Notes under the pieces: generated by a model
Seen by the model: only the letters and a program-made list of their open reading frames with translations
What the model was told of the DNA's origin: nothing
Database searches by the model: none
Source: a virus
DNA length: 64,000 nt
IMG/VR virus record: IMGVR_UViG_3300046323_000360
Location: 32,192-96,191 of that record
Direction: 5' to 3' (one strand)
Made by a program: the position numbers and the translations under genes
Shown here: one piece after another, positions 9,436 to 17,628 of the stretch
Numbering within the stretch: position 1 is the stretch's first letter
Layout of the letters: every line of letters begins with the position of its first letter

Positions 9436-11409
9436 TTAGAGCTCGATGGTTGCAGCAGCGGTGCCACCAGTGGTGTCGCGTAGTGCAGCAGCTACACCGT
9501 TGATGCTGATGGTCGAGGTGATCTTAAGAGCCTCAACACCAACCTTGGCTACGTTCTCGAAGGTTTCAACGAACATCTTGTAGTCGTTAGTACCAACAAG
9601 TGACGAGTCACGGATGATACCAAGGTCAAGAGTTCCACCATCAAGGAACAAGAAGGTTCCTTCAGCAAACAAGAACCAGTCGAAGCTGTCTGGGAACTCA
9701 AGAAGTGCAGCTGAGCCACTCTGAGTACCGAATACAGTTGCATCGAGCGAAGCTACTAGGTCAACGTTAGCGGTTGCTAGGTAGCCATCGATCTCTGACT
9801 TCGATAGTGATAGGGTTCCATCACCAGGCATCGACAAGGTTAGGTCTGCAGCCATAGCGTCATATACCCAAGCTGGGATGATTGCCTTCAGAGTGGTCTG
9901 AGGGTCAATGCGGTGACGTGAACGGTAAGCAGTAGCCGCACGACGGATCTGAACTAGGAAGTCGCGACCAAAACCAATTAGGTTAGTGGTAGTAACAGCA
10001 GTCGAAAGTGATCCGATGTTGGTAAGCAAGTTCTGCTCAGCCTCACGAGCGTGCTGTACAAGAGCAAGCTCGTTGTGACGAGCGATTAGCTCTGGGTAAG
10101 CGCGGCTCATTAGGTTACCAAACTGTAGCTGTAGAGTTACGGCGTCAGTCGAAACAGTGGTTTCGGTTGCAGCTGAAACAGACAAGCTAGTCTTGGTTGC
10201 GGTACCTGGAGAAGCATCTACAGCATTGGTCCATACACCAACAGCATTGGCATAGTCGCCAGTGTGGAAGGTAGGTGGAACGATGAAGCGGATACCGCCA
10301 CGGTCAGCCTGGAAGCGAGGCAATGCATCGCGAACTGGGCGAACTGAGGTAGCTCCCTGAGAGAAGATGTCGTACTTAACCTCGAATGGAGCCGAGTGAC
10401 CACCAGAAGCGGTAATCGCCTCAGGGCCTGAAACAGCCTGAATCTTGGTCCAGTTTGACTCTGCGTCTGTGGTTAGAACGCGCTCTTCTGGGAATGAAGT
10501 GGTTACAGAGGCAACAATGTGCTGCTCTCCATCTCCACCGTTTACACGGCGAAGAGAGTGAATTCTCTTCTCCATTGCCTGAGCTACTTCGCTCATGCTG
10601 TTGATTGTGCTTCCGGCTGTGTAACCAGGGATGTCAGCGCCCGCAGTGATTGCCACTGGAGCTGCTTCCGATACCTCGATTACAGGGAGACGGTCAGCTG
10701 GAGCCTCAAAGGTTCCTTCTGCTGCGGCGGTCACGGTTGCCTGCTCTTCCTGCTCTTCTGGAGCAATAGGTGTTGTTTCTTCTGATGTTGCTGGGGTTTC
10801 ATCTGTTGACGCTTCAGAGCCTTCAACTGCTTCAATAGCAGTGTCAGATACTTCTTCGGTGTCTTCAGGTTCGCTGGTCGAAAGTTCCGATCCATCTTCT
10901 GAGATTGTTGACGCTTCAGAGTCAATGTCAGCAGAAGCCTTTACAGGCTCCTTCTTCTCTTCCTCTTCAGTTTCCTTGGCTTCTTCTTCAGCGGTTCCTT
11001 CTTCAACCTGTCCAGGCTCCTCTTCAGGAGTTGGAGCAGTCTCTGTTGGTTCCTCTGCAGCTGGAGTTTCCTCCACTGGAGCTTCCTCTGCTGGGACTAC
11101 GTCCTCAACTGGGGCATCTTCATTCATAGCCATTTCTTCTCCCGACATCTCTGCCTCTCCCTTAACGCGCGAGGTTGCTTCCGCAGCCTTAGCAGCAAGC
11201 TCTTCAGCCTGTGCCTCTCGGCGAGAAAGCTCACCGCGAACGATGTCAAGTGAGTCAGCAAGTGACGTCATAGCATCAACTATCTCAGGAGTAGGGTCTG
11301 ATCCCTCAACCGATTCAAACTGCGAGACGATCTCACCCTGTAGCTCGGCGACCTGTTCGTCGCTAAGCTCAGCGATGGTGTCTAGCTGAGTTTTAATCTG
11401 GTCGTACAC
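9436..11409 (-). CDS. major capsid (hexamer) protein with N-terminal acidic scaffold/delta region
   Basis: Coiled-coil plus Glu/Pro-rich N-terminus, then ITASGG...RPVRDALPRFQADRGGIRF...GGTLDLGIIRDSSLVGTNDY. Confidence 0.88.
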   Translation of the reverse strand: MYDQIKTQLDTIAELSDEQVAELQGEIVSQFESVEGSDPTPEIVDAMTSLADSLDIVRGELSRREAQAEELAAKAAEATSRVKGEAEMSGEEMAMNEDAPVEDVVPAEEAPVEETPAAEEPTETAPTPEEEPGQVEEGTAEEEAKETEEEEKKEPVKASADIDSEASTISEDGSELSTSEPEDTEEVSDTAIEAVEGSEASTDETPATSEETTPIAPEEQEEQATVTAAAEGTFEAPADRLPVIEVSEAAPVAITAGADIPGYTAGSTINSMSEVAQAMEKRIHSLRRVNGGDGEQHIVASVTTSFPEERVLTTDAESNWTKIQAVSGPEAITASGGHSAPFEVKYDIFSQGATSVRPVRDALPRFQADRGGIRFIVPPTFHTGDYANAVGVWTNAVDASPGTATKTSLSVSAATETTVSTDAVTLQLQFGNLMSRAYPELIARHNELALVQHAREAEQNLLTNIGSLSTAVTTTNLIGFGRDFLVQIRRAATAYRSRHRIDPQTTLKAIIPAWVYDAMAADLTLSMPGDGTLSLSKSEIDGYLATANVDLVASLDATVFGTQSGSAALLEFPDSFDWFLFAEGTFLFLDGGTLDLGIIRDSSLVGTNDYKMFVETFENVAKVGVEALKITSTISINGVAAALRDTTGGTAAATIEL

Positions 11410-11533
11410 TGTACCTCCTAGGCCAGTTTGTTGGATAACTGTTATTTTGACAGTTATGGTGAACAGTCAAGGCCGAGGGACTCTACGCATGATACGCGAG
11501 GCGCTCTACCTATCACTAATTGTACCTTACTTT

Positions 11534-14500
11534 TTAGGTAAGGAGTCGGAGTAGCGTGCTCATCTCAGACTGAACTTCACCCTGAGAGTACACATCTGCA
11601 CCCGACATATAGGACTTAAGACTTGCAGTTGCAATGTCCGCATCCTTTTTACCGATCTTGTCTTCGACTCGGGAAATCATGCCTTTGATGAGATCCTTAA
11701 GTCCAGCAGGAAGATCGCTAAACCTTAGTTTGTCTGCGTCTTTTCCAAATGGAAGAGGCAGGTTAGAGATAACAGTTCCAAGTTCCTTGGCTGTAGCTCT
11801 TACATTTTCTAGAGATCTAGGGTTGAGAGCCTTAGAGTCAAGACGATCAATCATTTCTAGAAGCTTTCCGCTAGCCTTAGCTGAGTCCACGTAGTTACCA
11901 GCAAACTCTAGATTCTCTGCTGTCTGAACTTTATTCAGTGCATCCTGAAGACCTGCAACACCTAGATCTTGTCTTAGGCGAGCAAGAACCTTACGGTATT
12001 TACCGCGAGCATCACGAGGCTGAGTTACAGGTGTGTACTTAGTACGACCATTCTTATCATAAGCATCCTGAGCAGTAGTCTTACCAGCTTTGATATCTTC
12101 AGCTAGCTTAATCTCGTCTGCGGTCTGCTTATCTGCCTCAGCCTTAGCGTCTGCAAGTTTCTTTAGTTCTTCCTCAGAAATGGTCCCCTTAGCATCAGCA
12201 GAGTTGGCGAATTCACTGATTGATGCAATAATTGCACGCATCTCGTCTAGTGCAGAAGAAGCTTCCATAGATGAAGCAGACTTCCATTCTTCAGGAACTA
12301 GTACAGCAAGCTTTAGTGCACGAGCACGCTTACGTATGTGAGCGCGAACCTTTGCACGATCTTTAGGGTTAGAACGTCCATATGCCTTAATAGCATTCTT
12401 CAAGTCCTTCTCGTTACGGATTGGGTAAGAGCCATCTGGAAGCGCCGCACCTTCCTCGGCAAGAGCTTTACGCTCTTGCTCGGAGATAGTAGCTAGTTCA
12501 GCAATAGCTGATGCAACTAGAGCACGCTCACGAAGAGACTCTACCTGAGCAGATGCAGCAACAGTCTTTGGCTTCTTCCACTCTTCTGGAATTAAGTCAG
12601 CAACTTTGAGGGCACGAGCACGCTTTACAATGTGCTTACGAGCAGCTTCTTTATCCTTTGCACGTCCATAAGCGTGGATTGCAGCCTTTATATCATCCTT
12701 GGTCTTAATAGGGAAAGAACCATCTGGAAGAGCCCAGCCCTTAGAGGCATACTCTTCACGCTTTGCACGTGGGATGTAGCCAAACTCGGCTTCTGCACGC
12801 TGTAGAGCAGCTTCGGTAATTGCACCGAGTTCACTCATTTTCTGAGCCTTTAGAGATAGAGACATAACTGCTTCGCTCTTAAGAACTGCCATATCGTAGG
12901 CACCAGCTGCAACAAGAGCCATAACCTTACCAGAAGCTACCATTGCACGGGCAATCGGGAATCCTGGAACGTTAACCTGGCAAACTGCAACTAGCTCGAG
13001 TGAGCCACCGATTGGACGCCAGTCACCTGAAGGAGCAGATGCACGAAGTGCACGAATCTGAGCCTCAGTTACGTCTGGGCGTAGCGAGCCTGCTACCCAA
13101 ATACCGTAGTCATCTTCACCAGCGTGAACATCAGCAATTGCAGATGCGGTATCGTCGTAGTGCTTTGCTGCCTGCTCGGCTGAAGCGTGTAGGGAAGCGT
13201 GACCACCAGCAAGAGTCAGCTGACCTACTGGAACATCCTTACCTTCTGCAGTACGAACAACACCAGTGTGGAAGTAAGCGTACTTGCTCTTTGAGCGAGG
13301 TGGGCGGGTTGCACGAGGCATACCAATGTGGTTAACGTGCCAAGCAGCAATGTGACCAAAGATGTATCCATTAGTGTCAATGGTTAGCGGGGTAGCCTTG
13401 GTTAAAGCTGGCTTCTGGAACCACTCGCTAGGAGGAGTTACAGGGATTTCTGACTCTAAAAATCCAGAAGCAGTTAGAGCTTCGGCTGCTACGAACGAGT
13501 CAACAGACTCTTCGTAAATTCCATCTTGCGGAATCAATTCTTCCTCCTGATTAGCCGACTCCCCGTCGATAAAAATAGTGCATTCCTGGAATGCAGGCTT
13601 AGCTACAATTGTAGCAGCCATTACACGGGCATGATTTATGATGAGCTTCTGTTTACTGATTTCATCAGACTTTTCAGATGCTTCTGGTTCATATTCTTTG
13701 GCTTCAAACTGATCTAGGTCAGCAGATACTCCACGAATAAACCCGTTTCGTACTAGACGCTCTGCCTCTCGACCGTAAGGTCCAGTATCAAATACACCAT
13801 AAGCATTTCCGATACCATCTTCAGTACGCTCCATGTGGTCAATTCGACCAACAACTACAGAACCATTGTGACCTTCACCAGTTTTGATCTGCCATAGCAG
13901 AGGAAGTGGTAGATCACGAACTTCAATAGCATCCTTCTTGAACTTACGTCCATCCCCAGATTCCATTGTCTCGGGTATTAGAAGAGGAATTTTGAAACTA
14001 GCTCCATTAGAGTTTCCAGATGCTACTATTCCTAGTACACGCTCGCGTGCAAAATCTGCCTTAGCAGTAAGTGCTGCTGCAGCAATCATTGCAGTATCCA
14101 TCTCTTCTTCAGAGTTAAATAGGGAGAAGTATGCTTTGTTATTGTTTTTCCCCGGGTTAAATTTACTACCAGTGTAGACACCAGTAACTTCTTTATGGCG
14201 CAACTGACAATATCCCTTAGCGCGAACTCCCATGTATTTCGTTAGGTGTCGCACGCAACGAGTCCAATCTCCTGGAGTGCCCCAGCGGATCTTTAGTGCG
14301 CCTTCGCCTCTAGTCCAGTAGTGGCGAAGCTCTTCAGCATTACCCTTGTTACGATCTAAACCACCAGCAGCAATGAGTGCAATGAACTCATCATCCGCGC
14401 ACTGAGAGATTTCTTCCATTGCTTCGATAATCTCAAAGTCTGGCTCCCACTCGTTATCGTAGATATCATCGTGCTCTGCTTGAATATCTTCTACAGGAGT

Positions 14501-16708
14501 AAGTAGATGCTTGTCCTCTATGTAGCCAGGAACTCCAGTATCTTCTGCCCATACTTCTTCCATGATGTATTCATCATTAGAGAAGTTACCGCGGTCGCGC
14601 TTTGCGTGAGTAGCAGTGTAGTAGCCGAGAGCATCCTTGTGGCGAAGCTGGCAATATCCCTTGGCACGTGGGCCCATATATTTGGCTAGGTGCTTAACGC
14701 AACGCTTCCAGTCGCCAGGGGTTCCCCAGCGAATCTTAGCAGCTCCCTCTCCACGTACCCAGTAGCGGCGAAGTTTCTCTGCATTTCCACGGTTACGGTC
14801 TAGACCACCGGCAGCTGTTAAAGCTTCGATAGGGTCTACCTCTAGAAATGAAAGGAATACCTGAGCAAACAGACTTGCAGCGATAGGGGTCTTAATTCCA
14901 TCTACCTGCTTCAGTATGTCGTCAAGAATCTCATTAGTAATCATGACTACAGGAGGTGGAGTGGCAGACTGCATATCTCTAGCAATCTGAGGATCCTCTA
15001 CCCATTTCTTATCTTGTCTCTTGAAAGTTGCAGGAGCAGTGCTGGTAGCACTAGCAGGAATAAGAGCGACCAAATCCATAACTGCAGCAGGGTCTTCAGG
15101 AGATACGATAGCAAAATACTTTGGCGGGACATCAGTAGTTTCTGGGGTCAGAGCAGTATCTGACCCGGCAGCAATAATTGAAAAATTACCTTTAAACTTG
15201 GTAATTCCCCAGCGAGAAGTAGCTTTAGCAGCATCGGCGGCACTACTAGGCTTATAAGACTTACGCATGTCTGAAACATACTTAGTCCAGTCGGTAAGCA
15301 TGGTATGAATTTGCTTAGCATCCATCGGAGGAAGAGTTCCAGGAATATGTGCTTTTGGCTGATTAATTGGAGTGCGAGGTTCTCCAATAATTCCAGAAAG
15401 ATCTATAACGTTTGGCTCATTAGACACCTGAGTAGCATTGGGTCTAGATGCATTGGTATTTCCCTCTGGATAAAGAAATTTACCATCAACATTGACTTCA
15501 TTACCAGAATCTAGTTTTACCTTTACGGTCCCATCTGGATTGGTGCCTACTACAGTACCCTTGCCTTTAGTTTGGTCGTTTCCAACAGCAACTCGATCGT
15601 TACTCTTGATCCACCAGCCTTTAGCATTTCTAGACTGCTTCTGTACGTTCTGAGATCTCTCGTCTGGCGTGTAGCCATCAGACGGAGCAGCATTAGGGTC
15701 GGAACCAGTAGAAGTAGGGTTAGCAAACTCGTTTGCCGATGCCATAAGAACTAGGTCTAGGATATCTATATCTTCAGAGATAATCCCCTGAGCCATAAGC
15801 TCGGCTTCATCAGCATCAATGGTGTCGATGCTTACAGCCGAGTAAGGGTCTGAAGCAAGTCTTCCAGCAATGATTACAGCAGATTCAGGGTCAATGATGA
15901 AATAGTCATAATCTATCTGCTGATCTGAGTCAGCATCAAGAGCAGCATCTAGTGACCAGATATTGGAGTCAATGTCACCTAGGTTGTCCCAGGCATTGTC
16001 ATCCCAAAGGGCAACAGCTCCGTTTATGTCTACCTTATATAGTCGATCAATTCGACCATCGTTAAGTCTAACTCTGGCTACAAACTCTGGACCGTAGGTC
16101 TCATCAAGTTCATATGCCTCATCAAATGCTCTAAGTGCATCTATGTTAGGTCCGCTAGCATCGGCAGTTAGTGCGTTCTCACGCTCTACTATCTTCTTAG
16201 CCCAACGCCATCCAGCATCTCCACCCCAAAGTGCCCAAGCGATACGCCCGTTAGATGGGAAGTTATCTTCTCCAGGCTCCCAGCCTTTACCCTTCTTGTC
16301 AACTTCGTGACGAGGGAAATACTTAGCAACATGTCTAAGCTTTTCAATACCAATCTGCCCGCCTTTAGCAAGAGTGCGAGCAGTATTCATACCTACCGGG
16401 GTTCCGCCGCGGTGGTGCTCCTTGTGCCACTCCAAAGCCTTCTTTGCTTCAGCCTGGACGCCACTAGGAATGGTATACATTCTGCTACCAGAAGCAGAAA
16501 TAGGAGTGAGAGCATTGAATGATTTCTCGACTAGCTCCATAGTAGAGGTAGAGAACTCGATTGCAGCCTGAGACCATGTTCTCTTGCTAGAAAGGTGCTC
16601 TAGGTCACCAGTCTCGACTATTAGGTTGAGATTGATGTCTACAACAATCCCCTGACCGTCTAGCCCAAAAAGGGCAAGGTTGCTGGAGTGTCCAGAGTAT
16701 TCAAACAT
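11534..16708 (-). CDS. capsid maturation protease polyprotein (1724 aa)
   Basis: Protease-like segments (ESGDGRKF..LPLPLLWQ..GHNGSVVVGRID..GVSADLD and GGHA..HYDDT..SGDWR..LELVAV..VNVPGFP), two RYW.RGEGA.KIRWGTPGDW.RCV repeats, two ALPDGS(F/Y)PI repeats; directly upstream of the capsid gene. Confidence 0.82.
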   Translation of the reverse strand: MFEYSGHSSNLALFGLDGQGIVVDINLNLIVETGDLEHLSSKRTWSQAAIEFSTSTMELVEKSFNALTPISASGSRMYTIPSGVQAEAKKALEWHKEHHRGGTPVGMNTARTLAKGGQIGIEKLRHVAKYFPRHEVDKKGKGWEPGEDNFPSNGRIAWALWGGDAGWRWAKKIVERENALTADASGPNIDALRAFDEAYELDETYGPEFVARVRLNDGRIDRLYKVDINGAVALWDDNAWDNLGDIDSNIWSLDAALDADSDQQIDYDYFIIDPESAVIIAGRLASDPYSAVSIDTIDADEAELMAQGIISEDIDILDLVLMASANEFANPTSTGSDPNAAPSDGYTPDERSQNVQKQSRNAKGWWIKSNDRVAVGNDQTKGKGTVVGTNPDGTVKVKLDSGNEVNVDGKFLYPEGNTNASRPNATQVSNEPNVIDLSGIIGEPRTPINQPKAHIPGTLPPMDAKQIHTMLTDWTKYVSDMRKSYKPSSAADAAKATSRWGITKFKGNFSIIAAGSDTALTPETTDVPPKYFAIVSPEDPAAVMDLVALIPASATSTAPATFKRQDKKWVEDPQIARDMQSATPPPVVMITNEILDDILKQVDGIKTPIAASLFAQVFLSFLEVDPIEALTAAGGLDRNRGNAEKLRRYWVRGEGAAKIRWGTPGDWKRCVKHLAKYMGPRAKGYCQLRHKDALGYYTATHAKRDRGNFSNDEYIMEEVWAEDTGVPGYIEDKHLLTPVEDIQAEHDDIYDNEWEPDFEIIEAMEEISQCADDEFIALIAAGGLDRNKGNAEELRHYWTRGEGALKIRWGTPGDWTRCVRHLTKYMGVRAKGYCQLRHKEVTGVYTGSKFNPGKNNNKAYFSLFNSEEEMDTAMIAAAALTAKADFARERVLGIVASGNSNGASFKIPLLIPETMESGDGRKFKKDAIEVRDLPLPLLWQIKTGEGHNGSVVVGRIDHMERTEDGIGNAYGVFDTGPYGREAERLVRNGFIRGVSADLDQFEAKEYEPEASEKSDEISKQKLIINHARVMAATIVAKPAFQECTIFIDGESANQEEELIPQDGIYEESVDSFVAAEALTASGFLESEIPVTPPSEWFQKPALTKATPLTIDTNGYIFGHIAAWHVNHIGMPRATRPPRSKSKYAYFHTGVVRTAEGKDVPVGQLTLAGGHASLHASAEQAAKHYDDTASAIADVHAGEDDYGIWVAGSLRPDVTEAQIRALRASAPSGDWRPIGGSLELVAVCQVNVPGFPIARAMVASGKVMALVAAGAYDMAVLKSEAVMSLSLKAQKMSELGAITEAALQRAEAEFGYIPRAKREEYASKGWALPDGSFPIKTKDDIKAAIHAYGRAKDKEAARKHIVKRARALKVADLIPEEWKKPKTVAASAQVESLRERALVASAIAELATISEQERKALAEEGAALPDGSYPIRNEKDLKNAIKAYGRSNPKDRAKVRAHIRKRARALKLAVLVPEEWKSASSMEASSALDEMRAIIASISEFANSADAKGTISEEELKKLADAKAEADKQTADEIKLAEDIKAGKTTAQDAYDKNGRTKYTPVTQPRDARGKYRKVLARLRQDLGVAGLQDALNKVQTAENLEFAGNYVDSAKASGKLLEMIDRLDSKALNPRSLENVRATAKELGTVISNLPLPFGKDADKLRFSDLPAGLKDLIKGMISRVEDKIGKKDADIATASLKSYMSGADVYSQGEVQSEMSTLLRLLT

Positions 16709-16716
16709 AAGTGGGG

Positions 16717-17082
16717 TTACTCCTGGGTAGGAACGCTAATGATGTCCTTGTGGTCAATAATCTTGACTGCATACTTCTCTAGCTCACTGACATCTAGCTC
16801 GCCATTGTCGTACATTTTTACAGCAACGTGGTCACCATCAAAATCTTCAGATAGGAGAGAATCATCAACTACACCATTATCCTCGTCCGAGGACCAGTCG
16901 AGCTGATAGATATCATCCTGAGCTAGGTCAGTATCGATACGACTTTCTTCGCGAGTGACAAGATCCCAGGTACCGCCAGTGCGAATGAACATACCCATAG
17001 GAAAGAAGGCAAATAAGCCCTCAATGGAATCATCCTGAGGGTTCACATAGAACCAAACTGTTACTATATCGTCCATTGCCAT
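16717..17082 (-). CDS. acidic hypothetical protein
   Basis: 121-aa ORF with RBS-like AGAGAG; in head module. Confidence 0.65.
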   Translation of the reverse strand: MAMDDIVTVWFYVNPQDDSIEGLFAFFPMGMFIRTGGTWDLVTREESRIDTDLAQDDIYQLDWSSDEDNGVVDDSLLSEDFDGDHVAVKMYDNGELDVSELEKYAVKIIDHKDIISVPTQE

Positions 17083-17150
17083 TGGCTTAACTCTCTCTGT
17101 TGCTGAGGGAAATATCTCTATACATAGAGTATAGTCTTATTTTACCATCA

Positions 17151-17627
17151 TTATTGATTATTGTTATTATTGACAGTTATATTATTGATATCCCTAAAAA
17201 CAATTTCTTTGGCAGCCTCTGGGACCGTTCCAAGCATTAGTTTTAGATCAGAATCAGATGCTGTCTTTAGATCTAGATATTTCTTTATATGCTTACCAGA
17301 CTCTAAATCATCATATGAATATGAAATCATAGTCTTATAGCTACGAATATTTCGATTAGCTACCCTAGCTTTTAGTCGATCTTCTATTCTAGATATGAAT
17401 TTAATAAACTCGTCTGAAAACTGCAGCTCTTCAGCAGAATTCTTAAATTCTATTTGCTTTGCTTCATCTGTAATTAAGTCTTTAAACTTATCTGATGTGC
17501 CATAGAAGTAGAAATTGTCTGCATGCTTGTCCCAGGTTGCGCCGTCAGAGCTGTAGTAGTCAGACTGGTCAGCATTTAGCAGGGCACTACTGACTCTGGC
17601 TACGCTTATTACTTTTGATGTGCTCAT
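17151..17627 (-). CDS. hypothetical protein coupled to the polyvalent effector gene (possible partner/immunity)
   Basis: Starts 1 nt after the stop of 17629..20418. Confidence 0.6.
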   Translation of the reverse strand: MSTSKVISVARVSSALLNADQSDYYSSDGATWDKHADNFYFYGTSDKFKDLITDEAKQIEFKNSAEELQFSDEFIKFISRIEDRLKARVANRNIRSYKTMISYSYDDLESGKHIKKYLDLKTASDSDLKLMLGTVPEAAKEIVFRDINNITVNNNNNQ

Positions 17628-17628
17628 G